Shown here in pieces: positions 27,231 through 40,525 of a stretch of DNA of 64,000 bases. This DNA is from Octopus sinensis. Its lineage: Eukaryota. The translations under genes were made by a program, and so were the position numbers. The stretch lies in the NCBI RefSeq assembly GCF_006345805.1, contig NC_043010.1, positions 1,178,001 to 1,242,000 of the forward strand. The letters are read 5' to 3'. The notes below the pieces were generated by a model. It saw only the letters and a program-made list of their open reading frames with translations. It was not told the origin of the DNA and did not search any database. How positions within the stretch are numbered: position 1 is the stretch's first letter; each line of letters begins with the position of its first letter.

Positions 27231-27540
27231 AACACACACACCACACACACACACACACACACATACACACACATGTCTATCAAAACTGACCTGGACGAAC
27301 AAAACTAGTTTGAGTGAGACAAAAGATGTAGGCAATATTTGCCATCATAAAAGAGTAGGCCATTTCTACAAGATATATTGAAAGGGGAATATCTATATGT
27401 CATACAAAACTGAGGTTAAGTGTCGCTGGTGTCGAGTGTTTTGGGAAACAATGGACCATATTGAGTGAAGATGTCCTTCAATGTCTCCTACAAAAATTAA
27501 CCTGGAGATACAATAGAGTAGCAAAACAGCTTTATGTGTT
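26955..27540 (+). mobile_element. Degenerate R4/Dong-like LINE relic (post-RT region to CCHC finger), split by a (CA)n array
   Basis: YKGMLLHRQHFDELNSPHI...AIIKE*AISTRYIER...KCRWCRVFWETMDHI...RYNRVAKQL resembles LHGQ...ETEG.I.AIQDQAISTR...KCRxC..ETxxHIxSxC...RHNxVAK. Confidence 0.7.
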
Positions 27541-27578
27541 CTTGGTCATTTTTCTTTATAGTAGAAGAGTTCTCTTTA

Positions 27579-28031
27579 TCTGTTGTGTCTGGGGAGAGTC
27601 ATTCTCTTTTAGTGCCTTATTATTTAACACACTCACCGGTAAAATTTCCACTTATTTCTTATTTTTATTTTCTAAAATGTTTGTGGCGTGTTGCAACCTT
27701 TTCAATAGTCTTGACTCTGTCCGTTATTTACACTGCGTTCCCTTTTGTTTTTTTCTGCGCATGTGTGTGGGTCAGTGTGTGTGTGTGCCTATACATGCAT
27801 GCATGTATGTATGTATGTGTGTGTGTTTGCATGTGTATGTATGTATATATGTGTGTGTGTATGCAACGAAAATTTTAGAAAATAAAAATAAGAAATAAGT
27901 GGAAATTTTACCGGTGAGTGTGTTAAATAATAAGGCACTAAAAGAGAATGACTCTCCCCAGACACAACAGAATATGCTTCAACACACGAACTCATATAAA
28001 GAATCTTGCAAACCAAATCCCAAAACGAAAT
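27579..28031. mobile_element. Inverted pair of a PLE-like terminal repeat (family ending ...CCCAAAACGAAAT)
   Basis: 27579-27678 is the near-perfect reverse complement of 27872-27970. The arms carry the two halves of a U3/A8 hammerhead variant. Confidence 0.8.
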
Positions 28032-28639
28032 AGTTCTCTTTTATTACTGTATCAAAGATGTGTTGCAGCAGAAAGAGAAATGCTGAATTTTCATCTGGCA
28101 AACAGCAATGAGATTTTTTGGCTTCCATCTATGTTGCCAAGTCAATGGATTTGAAGAAGATTCATAGAAAGAAAGGAAAGGGTAAAGAAGGAGAGAGTGA
28201 AGAATTGAAGGTCAGTGGACGTATGTGGAATGTTTGAAAAGGAAGCTGAGAATGTGAAGACTGAGGATTCATAGAAGATGGCTTGGGAAATGGAAAACAA
28301 AACGTCCCCTTAATGGAACTCAGAACCAGACCCTTGTGACATACTCAATAAAGAAGTCTGTCTAAAAAATGGCCAAAAGTGTTGCTTGTGGGAAAAAAAT
28401 GTAGAGAGTGTAAGACATGCTGCTTTTAAATTTTGGCACAAGGCCAGCAAGTTCAGGGGAGGGGGTAAGTAATTACATTGACCCCCAGTATTCAACTGGT
28501 ACTTACTTTATCAACTCTCAAAGGATGAAAGGCAAAGTCAACGTTGGTGAAATTTTAACTCAGATTGAAAAGATGGACAAAATGCTGCTTTGCATTTTGC
28601 CCAGCATTTTAATGATTCTGCTAGTTTGCTACCATGGAG

Positions 28640-29095
28640 AGTGAGTCACATAATGTCAATGCATGTGGGATGATTGCACAACATGAATACAGAGACAGAG
28701 AAAGTCAGTACATTCAGTGGAGACTCCTTAAGCATTTTGGATTAGAAGTACATAAAAAAGGATTATGAATGCAGGACATAACCAGTCATGGAGTGCTAAA
28801 ATTCTGTAGGGTTTTAAGATACAAAGTGATTGAATACAGACAGTCAGATGTCCTATTGGTTGGTAAAGAGTCTCAGAAAACTTTCATTATTGACATAACA
28901 TTCCCAGATGACCGTAATGTAGCAACTAAGGAAGTTGTGAAGATTACCAACTATGCAAAGTTGATGGTGAAGCAAGAAGGAATGAGGAACACCAGAACTA
29001 AATATATTCCAATAGTGGTAGAGGAGCACTAGGATCCATCCCAAAGGACCTGCCACAATTCCTTGTCTGGCTTAGTATCCCATATAATATCAATT
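28640..29095 (+). mobile_element. Degenerate R4/Dong-like REL endonuclease relic
   Basis: HNVNACGMIAQHEY...IQWRLLKHFGL...RQSDVLLVGKESQKTFIIDITFPDDRNVATKEVVKITNYAKL...IPIVV(G)ALG matches the RPD..IID...P.D.N...KE.EKI.KY..L...PIVIGALG pattern. Confidence 0.75.
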
Positions 29096-30599
29096 TCAAA
29101 TTTTGGCATAAAGCCAGCAATTTTGGGATTGGGGATAAGTCGATTATGTTGATATCAGAATGTAAAGAAAGACAAAATAGCACTAACTGTATCATAAATA
29201 ATATCAGTTATAATTTTTTTAAAAATCTGCCTTATTTTGCACAACTCATATCCTCCAAAAGGTTCTCTCTGTTTGAAGTGTCAGAAAGATTTTAAAAGAA
29301 AATCAAGCCAGTTTTTAGAAACTGTGAGAAGCACAATAATGATAGAGTATAGAGAAGCGGGTATAATTGATGAAATTGATGGTTGGTATTTGACAGGTAC
29401 TTATTTTATTAAACCAGAATGAGGAACGGTAAAGTCAGCCTTCTTAAGATTTGAATCCAGAACACTAACAATCTATTACAACACATTGACATGAATTTAT
29501 AGTTTATTGCATTGATTCCACATAAACTTGGGTGGAGGCACATGGTTTAGAGGTTAGGGTGTTGGACTCATGATCATAAGATTGTGGTTTTGATTCCTGG
29601 GCCAGGCAATGGGTTGTGATCTTGAGAACGATATTTCATTTCATATTGTTCTAGTCCATTCAGCTGGGAAAATCGAGTAACCCTGCGATGGACTTGTGTC
29701 CCATCCAGGTGGGGAATAAATACGCCAAGCTGTAATTACTACCAAAGACAGTCCTACCCCATATTAAATTTGATTGAAATTTTAAGGCGTTTCCATTATT
29801 TTGTCCAGCCTCTGTATATGTTTAGGTCAACTTTGAGAGATGTGTAATAATTTCTCTTTTTTCATTTTTTTTTTGCAATGAAACATGAAGTGATCAATGC
29901 TATAAATGAAAGCATGCAAATATTGGGTTAGAAAACCTCATAGATAGAAAAAATTGAAAGCTGCTTCTGGGATGCGATCCCACTTCTTTTATAAACATGA
30001 CAGACATTCTATCATTGTACCAAAACAATCCTTTGATTTTCTCCATGTATTTTAGAAGACTAGTTATTACTTGAGAAAATTGTCTGTTTTCTATGTACTG
30101 CCTTTGAATTCTTCCATTCTCAAGGTTTTTAACTGAATGTCTACATGCTATTACTTATAGCTTTATCTACTTCAAGTTCCACCATTAATATATATGTAAA
30201 TACACATACATATATCTGTCTGTCTGTCTGTCTATCTATATATCTGTGTATTTAACAGTAAAGACCCCCTTTGGACCATGGGATTGCATCTAGAAAGTTC
30301 CCCTTTGAGGCATGAGTCCAGACAAGGTTGTTTCTGGATGACCATCAGTTACCCATTCATACCTGTCTCCTCTCTCATCACCTGCAATGTTATTCAAGGG
30401 AAAGCCAAAGCCTGATACATCTTGGCACCAGTGATGTTGCAATTCATTTCTATGGCTGAGTGAACTGGAGCAATGTGGAATAAAGTGTCTTGCTTAAGGA
30501 ACACAACAGAGCCTGGTAACGGAATTAAACTCTCAACCTCACAATTGTAAGCCCGATGTTATCTGCCTCCATCTATCTATATCAATCTCTCTTTCTCTC

Positions 30600-30630
<31 letters not shown>

Positions 30631-30642
30631 GTCTATCTATCC

Positions 30643-30681
<39 letters not shown>

Positions 30682-30682
30682 C

Positions 30683-30744
<62 letters not shown>

Positions 30745-31665
30745 ATATATATATATATATGTATACACACACATATATATCACACACACAGACACATATG
30801 TATATATACACATACAAATATGCAGATACATACATTAATAATGAAAGTTTGATGGTGTTTGACAATAACATCAGTGACGCCGGAGGTGGGAGCAGAACCC
30901 AAAGGTGGATGCGCAGACGTGGATGCATATGTACATACATACATACATACATATATACATACATAAATACATACATACATACATAAATATATACATACAT
31001 ACATACATACATTTATATTTCCAGGAAGGCTGAGCAACTGCATTTGGCTCCCCTCAATATCGTTTCTGTGTTGTTTACCATCCTGTCTTTTATCTAAGAG
31101 ACGATTACATTATCCAGTCTATCCTTTTGCAAGATGGTAGTCTGTGATTCAAGGTAGATTTGATTGTTATTTCTAACAGGGCAAGTAACAATGCAGAGTA
31201 AACATCACTGACCTGAGCTCCCTTGTAACTTAGAAAGGTGTTGAGAAATCTATGATGCAGTTCTATGCAGATCTATATCCTTCCTTTGGCTGTGCTGACC
31301 ATTGGCTAAATTGGATTCTTCACTTGACAAATATTCAACTAATAGAAGCTGATCAAGTAAAAAGATAAACAACTTGACCTTTAGGTCAAAGGTCAAACAC
31401 GTTTTGACATGGTTGAAACCATATGTGTCATGTGTATTGTATGCTGTTGATGTTTTGTGTTGTTGTGTGGTGTGTTGTTGTGTGGTGTGTTGTTGTGTGG
31501 TGTGTTGTTGTGTTGAGGTTTATGAGGTGTGAGTTGTTAGTTGCTTGTAGCTATAGATGTTGAAATGGCAGTATACAGTATACACTGTGTATACTGTATG
31601 TTTGTATGTGCGTATACACACATATACATTTATATGTATCAGAATGTGTGGGTGTATTTGTGCAT

Positions 31666-31704
<39 letters not shown>

Positions 31705-31929
31705 TGTGCTTCTTGTTTGTGTGAGAAGATGGAAGAGGAAATGAAATGAATGATGGAGGAGGAGATGATAAAAATTGAAAGAAAAAGAAGCAGGAGAGTG
31801 AGGAAGAGAGAAAGGGAAAGAGGGGGAGAGGGAGAGATGGAGAGAAGGGGCAGGAGAGAGAGAGAGCGAAGAGAGAGTGAAATGGAAGAGGTAAATGGAA
31901 ATGTGAGAGACAGAAAAAATCAGACAAAT

Positions 31930-31945
31930 AGATAGATAGATAAGC

Positions 31946-32031
<86 letters not shown>

Positions 32032-32053
32032 ATAAATAGATAGATAGATAGAT

Positions 32054-32084
<31 letters not shown>

Positions 32085-32085
32085 G

Positions 32086-32117
<32 letters not shown>

Positions 32118-32118
32118 T

Positions 32119-32155
<37 letters not shown>

Positions 32156-32160
32156 AGAAA
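31930..32160. repeat. (GATA)n microsatellite (similar arrays at 30590-30745, 36830-37000 and 58560-58800)
   Basis: Directly visible. Confidence 0.95.
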
Positions 32161-32644
32161 GAGAGAGAGAGAAAAGAATATAAATAAAGATAAGCCTACA
32201 AGTTAAAATGAAATAAAGAGTAAAGTGATGAGGCAATGATATGGAATGGAGAAATCATGAAACTTAGAGTGTGTGATAATGGAAAAGAGAAAGAAGAAGT
32301 TGGTGACAGTGAGAGAGAGAATCGGGTGGAGATGGAAAGGTGATAGGAAACAGAAGTGAGGCAAAAGCTGGAAAAGGTGAAAAATAGCCAAACCTTCCTC
32401 AATGCACATCAGCACACTCCCTACTTTCTCAATAAAGGATACTCATAATGGCATCATGGGCCCTTCCTGCATTGATGGAAGCAATGTGTTAGTCACAACT
32501 GGAATGTCCTTGATTGTAAACCTGACTATAAACCTTGATCATAAACCTGCAAGGGTATTCAGATCTGCATGTACGAAGTTACTTGACCTATGAATAAGAG
32601 AAGACAGATCTCTGTGCCATAACAAGATCATAAAACTGGTTTCC

Positions 32645-33245
32645 CTTAGGAACTCCTTTATACTAATGTTTCTGTTATTATAGCTGAATCTGTAGTAGAA
32701 TTAGAAATGAAATTCTTTGTGTGGAATCAAAAACTAGAATCAAAGGGCTTTGAAGTTAACTTAGCAAAGACCAAATGTTTGGTAAGGCGGAAAGCAGAGG
32801 GATCTTTGCTTTCAGTGGGGAAGTTGCTTTGCTAAGTATGTAGAAAAAGAAGTAGAAATTCCATGCAGAGTACTCATTGCAAACTCTGGACACACAAGAG
32901 ATGAAGTGGTATCACAGGAAGGTTAACAAAGAAGACTTATCTATTGCTCAAGAACAATAAGCACTAAGAGCTGACAGATTCTCTCAAAAGACTAGAAAGA
33001 TCCTTGGTGATACTAAATAGCTTCTGATACCTTGATTATCTAATTATCAGTGGAGGAGGATGGTCTGAAAGAATAGTTGCTAAAATAATAACAGTCTGGG
33101 GAAAGTCTAGAGAGCTTTGACCTCTCATAGTAACAAAAGAATGAAAAGCAAACTGCATGAGGCTTGTGTACAAACTGCCATGCTACATGATAGTTAGATA
33201 CTATGAATGCAGAGGGTATGCAAAGACTAGAAAGAAACGAAGCTA
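32645..33245 (+). mobile_element. Degenerate RTE RT fragment
   Basis: Recognisably homologous to about 18775-19420 (ctagaatcaaagggc...ttagcaaagaccaa; aaactctggacacacaagagatg; actgccatgctacatgatagt) with many stops. Confidence 0.8.
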
Positions 33246-33654
33246 TCCTTAATTCTATCCTTAATTCTAATTGTTGTCACTCTCCACTCATATTTTGTAC
33301 TGATCACCCTTCTGTATGACCAGATTATCTCTCATTCTCTACCCTCATTCATCTCTCACTTTTCTCACACACTCTCACCTTTCCTCTGTGCACTATATTA
33401 TTATTACTATTCTGCTACTCTTTACCTGCTTCTGTATTGTCAGGCTCACATTCCTCCCCATCTCATATATACCACTAATCACCTTCCAACCCTTGCTCAC
33501 TTATTCACTAGTCTAATTATCATAAATCTCCACTCAAATTTTCTTCTGATCACCCTTCCGTGAAACCAAATTATCTCCCATTCTCAACCACCACACACCT
33601 CTCACTTCTCCCAGCATATAACTACATCCCTCAATTCTAACTTCACTCAGTTGA

Positions 33655-34505
33655 AGGGAATTTTAATCTTGCTGACCTTACTATTGCTGGTGTCATGCAA
33701 AAACAAAAAAGAGCACCTAGTACATTCTGTAAAGTGGTTGGCACTAGGAAGGGCATCAAGGTGTAGAAACTATACCAAATAATTGGAGCATGACGCAATT
33801 CTTGGACACATTGGATCCTGTCCAACTATCCAAGCCAACCCAACAGAAATTGGATGTTAAAAATGATGATGATGATGACAACAATGATTGCACACACACA
33901 CACACTCACACACACATGCACTCGCACACACATGCACTCACACACACATGCACTCACACACACATGGACTCACACACACATACACACGTACTTTATTTGT
34001 GGGTTAACAAGGCTACCATTGGCTTCATGCTCAGAGATGTGTCAGCAATTGTCAAGCCTACCACATAAGATGTTTATACTTGTCTCCATCTTGAAGACAA
34101 GTACCAATGTCTCATATAAAAATATATAGTCCCTACCCTCTCCCTGTCTCATCATTACTATCCTTCTCTTTTCTCTCTTCTCTCTCTCCATTCATAGTAG
34201 CCATATTCCTCTTCTGATGCGAGACACCTTTCCCAACCCTCAGTTATATCCCTCCAGTTGAGCGGTCTTGTTTGAAAAATTACCCAGTGACTTCACTACT
34301 GCTGGTGCCACATAAAAAGCACCCAGTATACTCCAGTATACTTTGTAAAGTGGTTGGTATTAGGAAGGGCATCCAACTATAGAAATTATGCCAAAACAGA
34401 CAACAGAGGTTAGTGCAGTTTTCTGACTAGCTGGTTCCCGTCAAACCGTTCTACCCATGCCAGCATGGAAAACAGATGTTAAGTGATTATGATGATGATG
34501 ATGAT
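33655..34505 (+). mobile_element. Two RTE 3'UTR fragments (about 33655-33815 and 34270-34505)
   Basis: gtggttggc.ctaggaagggcatc...gttaa..gatgatgat motifs as at 20200-20350. Confidence 0.7.
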
Positions 34506-34600
34506 GATATGATATATACATGTCTGTCAAGTAAAATGGATACCTGCCACACAGTTATAGAAACATCAAGCATACACATAGACAGACAGACACACACATG

Positions 34601-34648
<48 letters not shown>

Positions 34649-34710
34649 ACAATACTCACATAGATTGGCATAACCTGTATGCAAAGATGTTTCTGTTTAA
34701 TAGGTATGTA

Positions 34711-35112
34711 GGCATAGGAGTGGCTGTGTGGTAAGTAGCTTGTTTACCAACCACATGCCTCCAGGTTCAGTCCCACTGCGTGGCACCTTGGGCAAGTGTC
34801 TTCTACTATAGCCTCAGGTCGACCAAAGCCTTGTGAGTGGATTTGGTAGACGGAAACTGAAAGAACCCCGTCGTATATATGTATATATATATGTGCGTGT
34901 GTGTGTTTGTGTGTCTGTGTTTGTCTCCCCAACATCACTTGACAACCGATGCTGGTGTGTTTACATCACCGTAACTTAGTGGTTTGGCAAAAGAGACCGA
35001 TAGAATAAGTACTAGGCTTACAAAGAATAAGTCCTGGGGTCGGTTTGCTCGACTAAAGGCGGTGCTCCAGCATGGCTGCAGTCAAATGACTGAAACAAGT
35101 AAAAGAGTAAAA
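34711..35112 (+). mobile_element. tRNA-derived SINE family A, full-length, best-preserved copy
   Basis: A-box TGGCTGTGTGG, B-box GGTTCAGTCCC (34764-34774), internal (TA/TG)n, tail ...GGCGGTGCTCCAGCATGGCTGCAGTC...GAAACAAGTAAAAGAG. More than 12 related copies in the window. Confidence 0.9.
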
Positions 35113-36842
35113 AGCGTAAAGAGAATGTCTATAACAATTCTTACTGTGACGTTGATAGACACAAATATATACACATACACAATATATACCCAAATACACA
35201 CACACACACACACATATTTACATACATATTCTACTTTAGAAACATCAAATACACACATACACACACATTCAGATACACACAAATGCACAAATACACAAAC
35301 ACATATTCTGTTGCTTGCACACAAAATGGTAAATAGAATTTGAAATACTTATCAGTCATTTAGACAGCAACCATACAAACATGTGTGCATCTGGAAACCA
35401 AAACACTTACACACCTTCCCACATGGATTTATGTAGAATGTATGAATACTTATGTAGATATATATATATATATATATATATACAAGTGTGCATACATGGA
35501 TTATGTACATTTGTATAGATATACATGCATACACATACATGCAGATGCTTACATATACATTTGTGTATGTGTGTATGTTATGTCAGTGTGTGTGCATGTG
35601 CTTGTGTGTATCTGTGCACACATATATGTATATATGTATGTGTGTGTGTATGTATATATGTGTGTGTATCTATGTATGTGCATGTGTGTATGTATGCATG
35701 TACATATGTATGTATGTATGTATGTGTAATGTATGCATGTATGTGTAATGTATGTGTATATGTGTGTGTGTGTATGTGTATATATACAAGTATATATAAA
35801 TTTATAAAAACTGTACAGAAATATGCAGTGAGAGGGAGAGAGGAGGAGACAGAGTGTGAGAGAGAGAGAGAGAGAGAAAGAAGGAGAGGGGAAAGAGGGA
35901 GAGGAAAATGGGAAAAGGAAAACAAACAATAACAATAAAAATAAATTCAATAAAATAAATACTAACAAAAGAAAGTATAATCCCATCACTCACTCTCTAC
36001 CACCACCACCACCACCACCACCACCACCAACTCCTCCTCCTCCTCCACCCACGCATCTCCTATAACCCACATCATGCTCCTCCTCCCCTCCTCCTCTTCC
36101 TCTTCTTCATCACCAGCATCACAAAAATTAACTTGAAAATAATAAACAAGCATGTATAACATGATAATAGTGAGAGAGAGAGAGAGAGTGAGAGAGAGAG
36201 AGATAGAGAAAGAGAGAAAGAGGGAGAAAGAGAGAAAGTGAAAAAGTGAGTGAGAGAGCGAGAAAGTGAAAGTGAAAGAGGGAGAGAGAAAGAAAGAGAG
36301 TAAGAGATTTAAAGATAAATCTTTGAACACAACATAAATAAAAGTAAAAGAAAAAAAGCAAGAAAGACACAAACAAGAAAAATAAATGAATAACACAAAT
36401 CAAATAACAAAAAAGGAAAAACAAAGCAAAAAATTCAAGAAAGAAACAGTGGAAATATTTATGAATTGTTTATACTAAAAGAAAAGACAAGTCTTAGAAT
36501 GAAGAAAGACAAGTCTTAGAGAGAGAACATTCTAGAATTTGCTAAATTCATAAGTGACATATTTGTAAAGGGTATCTGTCTGCCTCTCTCTCTCTCTCTC
36601 TCTCTCCTTCCCATTCACTCCCTTTCTTTTCCTGTCTTTCTCTCATTCTTCCTCATAAGTAAAATCACTCACTTCCGAAAATCTACAAATTTTGATCGAA
36701 TCTGCCATTTGAGATAAAGTTTCCCAGATTTTGAATTCCAGATGAAATCCTACCAGAATTAACTGCAATATAAAAATTGTCTATTCTTATCTCTTTTATT
36801 TCATATTTTTGTATTATATTTTACTTTCTATCTATCTATCTA

Positions 36843-36877
<35 letters not shown>

Positions 36878-36886
36878 GTCTATCTG

Positions 36887-36965
<79 letters not shown>

Positions 36966-37082
36966 GTCTGTCTATCTATCTGTCTATCTATCTATCTACC
37001 TAGCTAGCTAGTTAGCTAGTTTGCCATTCATCCACATAGCATTCTTGCCCAGGTAATTTGTTTTATGCATGTGTGCATGTTT

Positions 37083-37124
<42 letters not shown>

Positions 37125-37912
37125 ACACATATGTGCATGCGTGTACATGTGTGTGTTCATGTGTGTGTATGTGTGTGTGTGTGTGTTGTGTAAGCTTGAG
37201 TGCATGAGTATGCTTCTGACTATAGGGTGATTGAAATAAAATGAAAAAAAGTAAATAAGAATAAAATGGCTTTGTAGGAGCAGCGTGGATGTGTGATTAA
37301 AAAGCTTGTTTTACAACCATGTGGTTTCAGGTTCAGTCCCACTGCATGGCAAGTTTCCTTTTTACTATTGTCCTGGGTCAGCCGATGCCTTGAGAGAAAA
37401 TTTAGTAAATGGAAAAAGTGTAGAAGCCATATATATATACAGGCAGATTGACAGATAATGACAAATGTCAAAGTCTGGAGTTATCAAATCATTTTGGTAC
37501 TTTGTTTACAATCGTTTCATCAATATTCAGTATAATTAATCTTGCATAATTCTGTAACCATTCTGGCAACTATTGGTTACAGCATTGTGTAAGATTAATT
37601 ATATTGATTAATAATGAAACGATCATAAATGAAGTATGAAAATGATTTGCTAACTCCATTCTTTGACATTTGCCATAATACATACTCTATGGATATTTTA
37701 TCTTTTACTTGTTTCAGCCCAGGGCTGAGGTCATCCTGGTGCCAGATAATTGGAGCAGTAAGGTGAAAAGGCTTTCCACTTTTCAATTTTCAGATACTCA
37801 ATGTCTGTGGAAGTGTTTCATGTTGTAGATACCAGGCTTATACACCCCATCTCACTTACTATATATATATATATCCCCCTCCTCCTCCTCCTCCTCCTCC
37901 TCCTCCTCCTCC

Positions 37913-37954
<42 letters not shown>

Positions 37955-38337
37955 CCATCCTTTCACATTCTTTTCCCATACTGGAATATATATATATAGT
38001 ATTAATTAATAGTAGGTGATAGGTTTTGTATTATATTTTTACTAGGTACAACATGTTTTTACCCATCAGTTTGTGTCTCTTCAGGTACATTGATAAAGGC
38101 GTCTCAATAGAGATTTTTAGTGGTAGCTGGCTTGTTGCTATACACCCATCAAGTTAGGGAATGAATAAAAGCAAATAATATAATAGAAATGCAAAAAAAT
38201 TAAATATGAATTTTTAAACACACTAAACGAATTATACTTATTTGTCCAAATTATGTATTATTATTGTTGTTGTTGTTGTTATCATTATTATTATTTATTT
38301 TATATATATATATATTTATATGTGTGTGTGTGTGTGT

Positions 38338-38505
38338 ATGGGACACTCAACAACTGTTTCAGGAGTATCCGGTGGTGCAGATGTATCTCGTTGGGTGATA
38401 AATAAATACAACTCATTAGAATGCCTGTTCCGCAATGTAACTTTCCGTCTTGTAGGAAGAAAAGCAGCTAGATGGAGGAAATATCTTCATTTATATAGAA
38501 GATAA
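38338..38505 (-). mobile_element. Second, degenerate copy of the 16.6-16.8 kb family
   Basis: Reverse complement atcttctatataaatgaagatatttcctccatctagctg...cggaaagttacattgcggaacag...tttatcacccaacgagatacatctgcaccaccggatac aligns to 16641-16795. Confidence 0.75.
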
Positions 38506-39116
38506 AAAATAAGACCACAGATGGAAAAAAGAGAAACGAACACGCAATCCAACTGGTGGTGATGGCGAGAGTGGTGGTGGTGGTGATGATGATGATGAAG
38601 ACGATGATAAATGAATGAAAGGCAAACTCAGAATATAGAGATTTACAACAAATACCATGAGGTATTTTTCTCCAACTCCCCAAAGACCCTGTTAGTTTTT
38701 CCACCATCTTAAAAAGAAAAAGAAAATAAAAAAATAAGCAAAAAAATACAGAATGACACATTGGATAATGTAGTCCTAGATACACTACAGTGGAAACTAT
38801 TTCGATTTTGTTATGGCTGGAATGCTTTTGATCATAGACCCACTTGATCATCAACAACGAATTGTCAATGAAAGAAAATTTTGTCCAAAAATATTAAACA
38901 ATTCTTCTCCCAAACAAAAATCTATCCTTTTGCTCTTTTTACCATATTTTTGTATTTACACAGTTTAAAACAAAGTCATGTACTTTGTCCTTGCCTAGGG
39001 GCATCCTACACTATGATTGTTATAATTCTAAATTCCTCTCCACCTATTTTCTTACTCTTTGTGAACAACCAATTAAGATTTTGTTCTGTTAGTCTTTTTT
39101 TTTATATATATGCATG

Positions 39117-39208
<92 letters not shown>

Positions 39209-39876
39209 TACACACACATTTTTTAATAAATACATACACCTTTGTATCAATCTAATAATATACAACAGACGTATTGACAAAGTTTTCTATTAAAATGGTG
39301 ATTTAGCATTTATACCACACAAAACTGATTCAATTCTAACAGCTGCTGCTTATCATAAGGTCTGCTACAAGAGAAATTACTGATTCAAATTGCTTCCTTG
39401 ACAGAATTATTGAAGTAAAATACAGCTTAGAGGCATTTTAAAACAACAAGCTCTTCTTCTTTCATTTAATTTAAATTTTTTATTTTTTATTTATTAATTT
39501 TTTTCAGATGTGACATTTTCAAACTTTCCATACAATAGGTAGCAGAACAGCACCACTGTTTAAGTTTGCTTTGATGTTTGTTCAAACTTAAGGATATTGA
39601 ATTATACAAGAATGTTTTATTAGATCTTATGGCTGTATTGTTAAGAAGTTCACTTGACAACTACATAGCTTCAGGTTCAGTCCTATGGCATGGCACCTTT
39701 GGCAAGTGTCGTCTACTATAATTGAGCACCAATCATTGCCTTGAGAGTGAATTTGGCAAATGGAAACTGTACCAAAGCACATTGGATCCATACGTAAAAA
39801 CATACATGCATACATACATGCATGCATACATATATATACATAAATACACACACACACACATTCATACATATATATA

Positions 39877-40525
39877 TCAGGTCATCCCATAAGTTCTGTC
39901 CGATTTTACCGTTTTTGAAATTGAATGAAATTTAATAGTATTTTGGATTGCCTAATGGAATTAAAAGTTATTTTTATGCATTTGTGTACATTTAAACTAA
40001 TCAAATATTATTTTACAGAATAATAGGATTAAAATTTCTTTGAGTAAAACCCTTTCTAACATGGAAGTATCCAAACAGCATTTGAGGTACATAATGCTTT
40101 ATGAAGACGAAAAAGGAAACTCTGCAGCCAAAGCAACTCAAAACATACACTCAGTTTATGGGAAAGAATGCTTGAATGGAAGAACTTGCAGAAGATGGCT
40201 TGCAAAATTCAGAAATGGAGATTTCAGCCTTGAAGATGAAGATTGAACAGGACGTCCAGTTGAGTTTGATGGTAAGCTCCTTGAGGATTACTTGAAGAAA
40301 ATCCTGCATTATCAGTTGAAGAATTGGCAAGAAAGCTTAGTTCAAACCATATAACTGTTCATCATCATCTTCAACAACTTGGAAGGTTTCTAAACTTGGA
40401 AAATGGATGCCTCATGAATTATCCGAAAGCAACCGCAAATCCCAAGTTGACATCTGCTCTTCTCTCCATTCTAGCGAACTCATTTCACCCTTTTGGGATA
40501 GACTTGTGACTGGTGATGAAAAATG
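39877..40525 (+). mobile_element. Mariner (Tc1/mariner) transposon, 5' half, transposase pseudogene
   Basis: TA then TIR-like tcaggtcatcccataagttctgtcc. ORF pieces: LRYIMLYE..KGNSAAKATQNIHSVYG...RTCRRWLAKFRNGDFSLEDE, GRP, ELARKL, KLGKWMPHELSE, DRLVTGDEK (first catalytic Asp). Sequence stops there. Confidence 0.93.

Noticed and set aside
31213-31348. Minus-strand exon with strong acceptor and donor (cag|...CAG|gtcagt)
   Set aside because: All three frames contain stops. It could only be non-coding, with no further support.
32402-32593. 63-aa plus ORF with a vaguely cadherin-like look
   Set aside because: No cadherin motifs (DxD, DxNDxxP) and no credible splice sites.
34711-34790. tRNA gene calls for SINE heads (also 17305, 52808 and others)
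   Set aside because: A and B boxes are present, but there is no complete cloverleaf and each head continues into a repeated SINE body.
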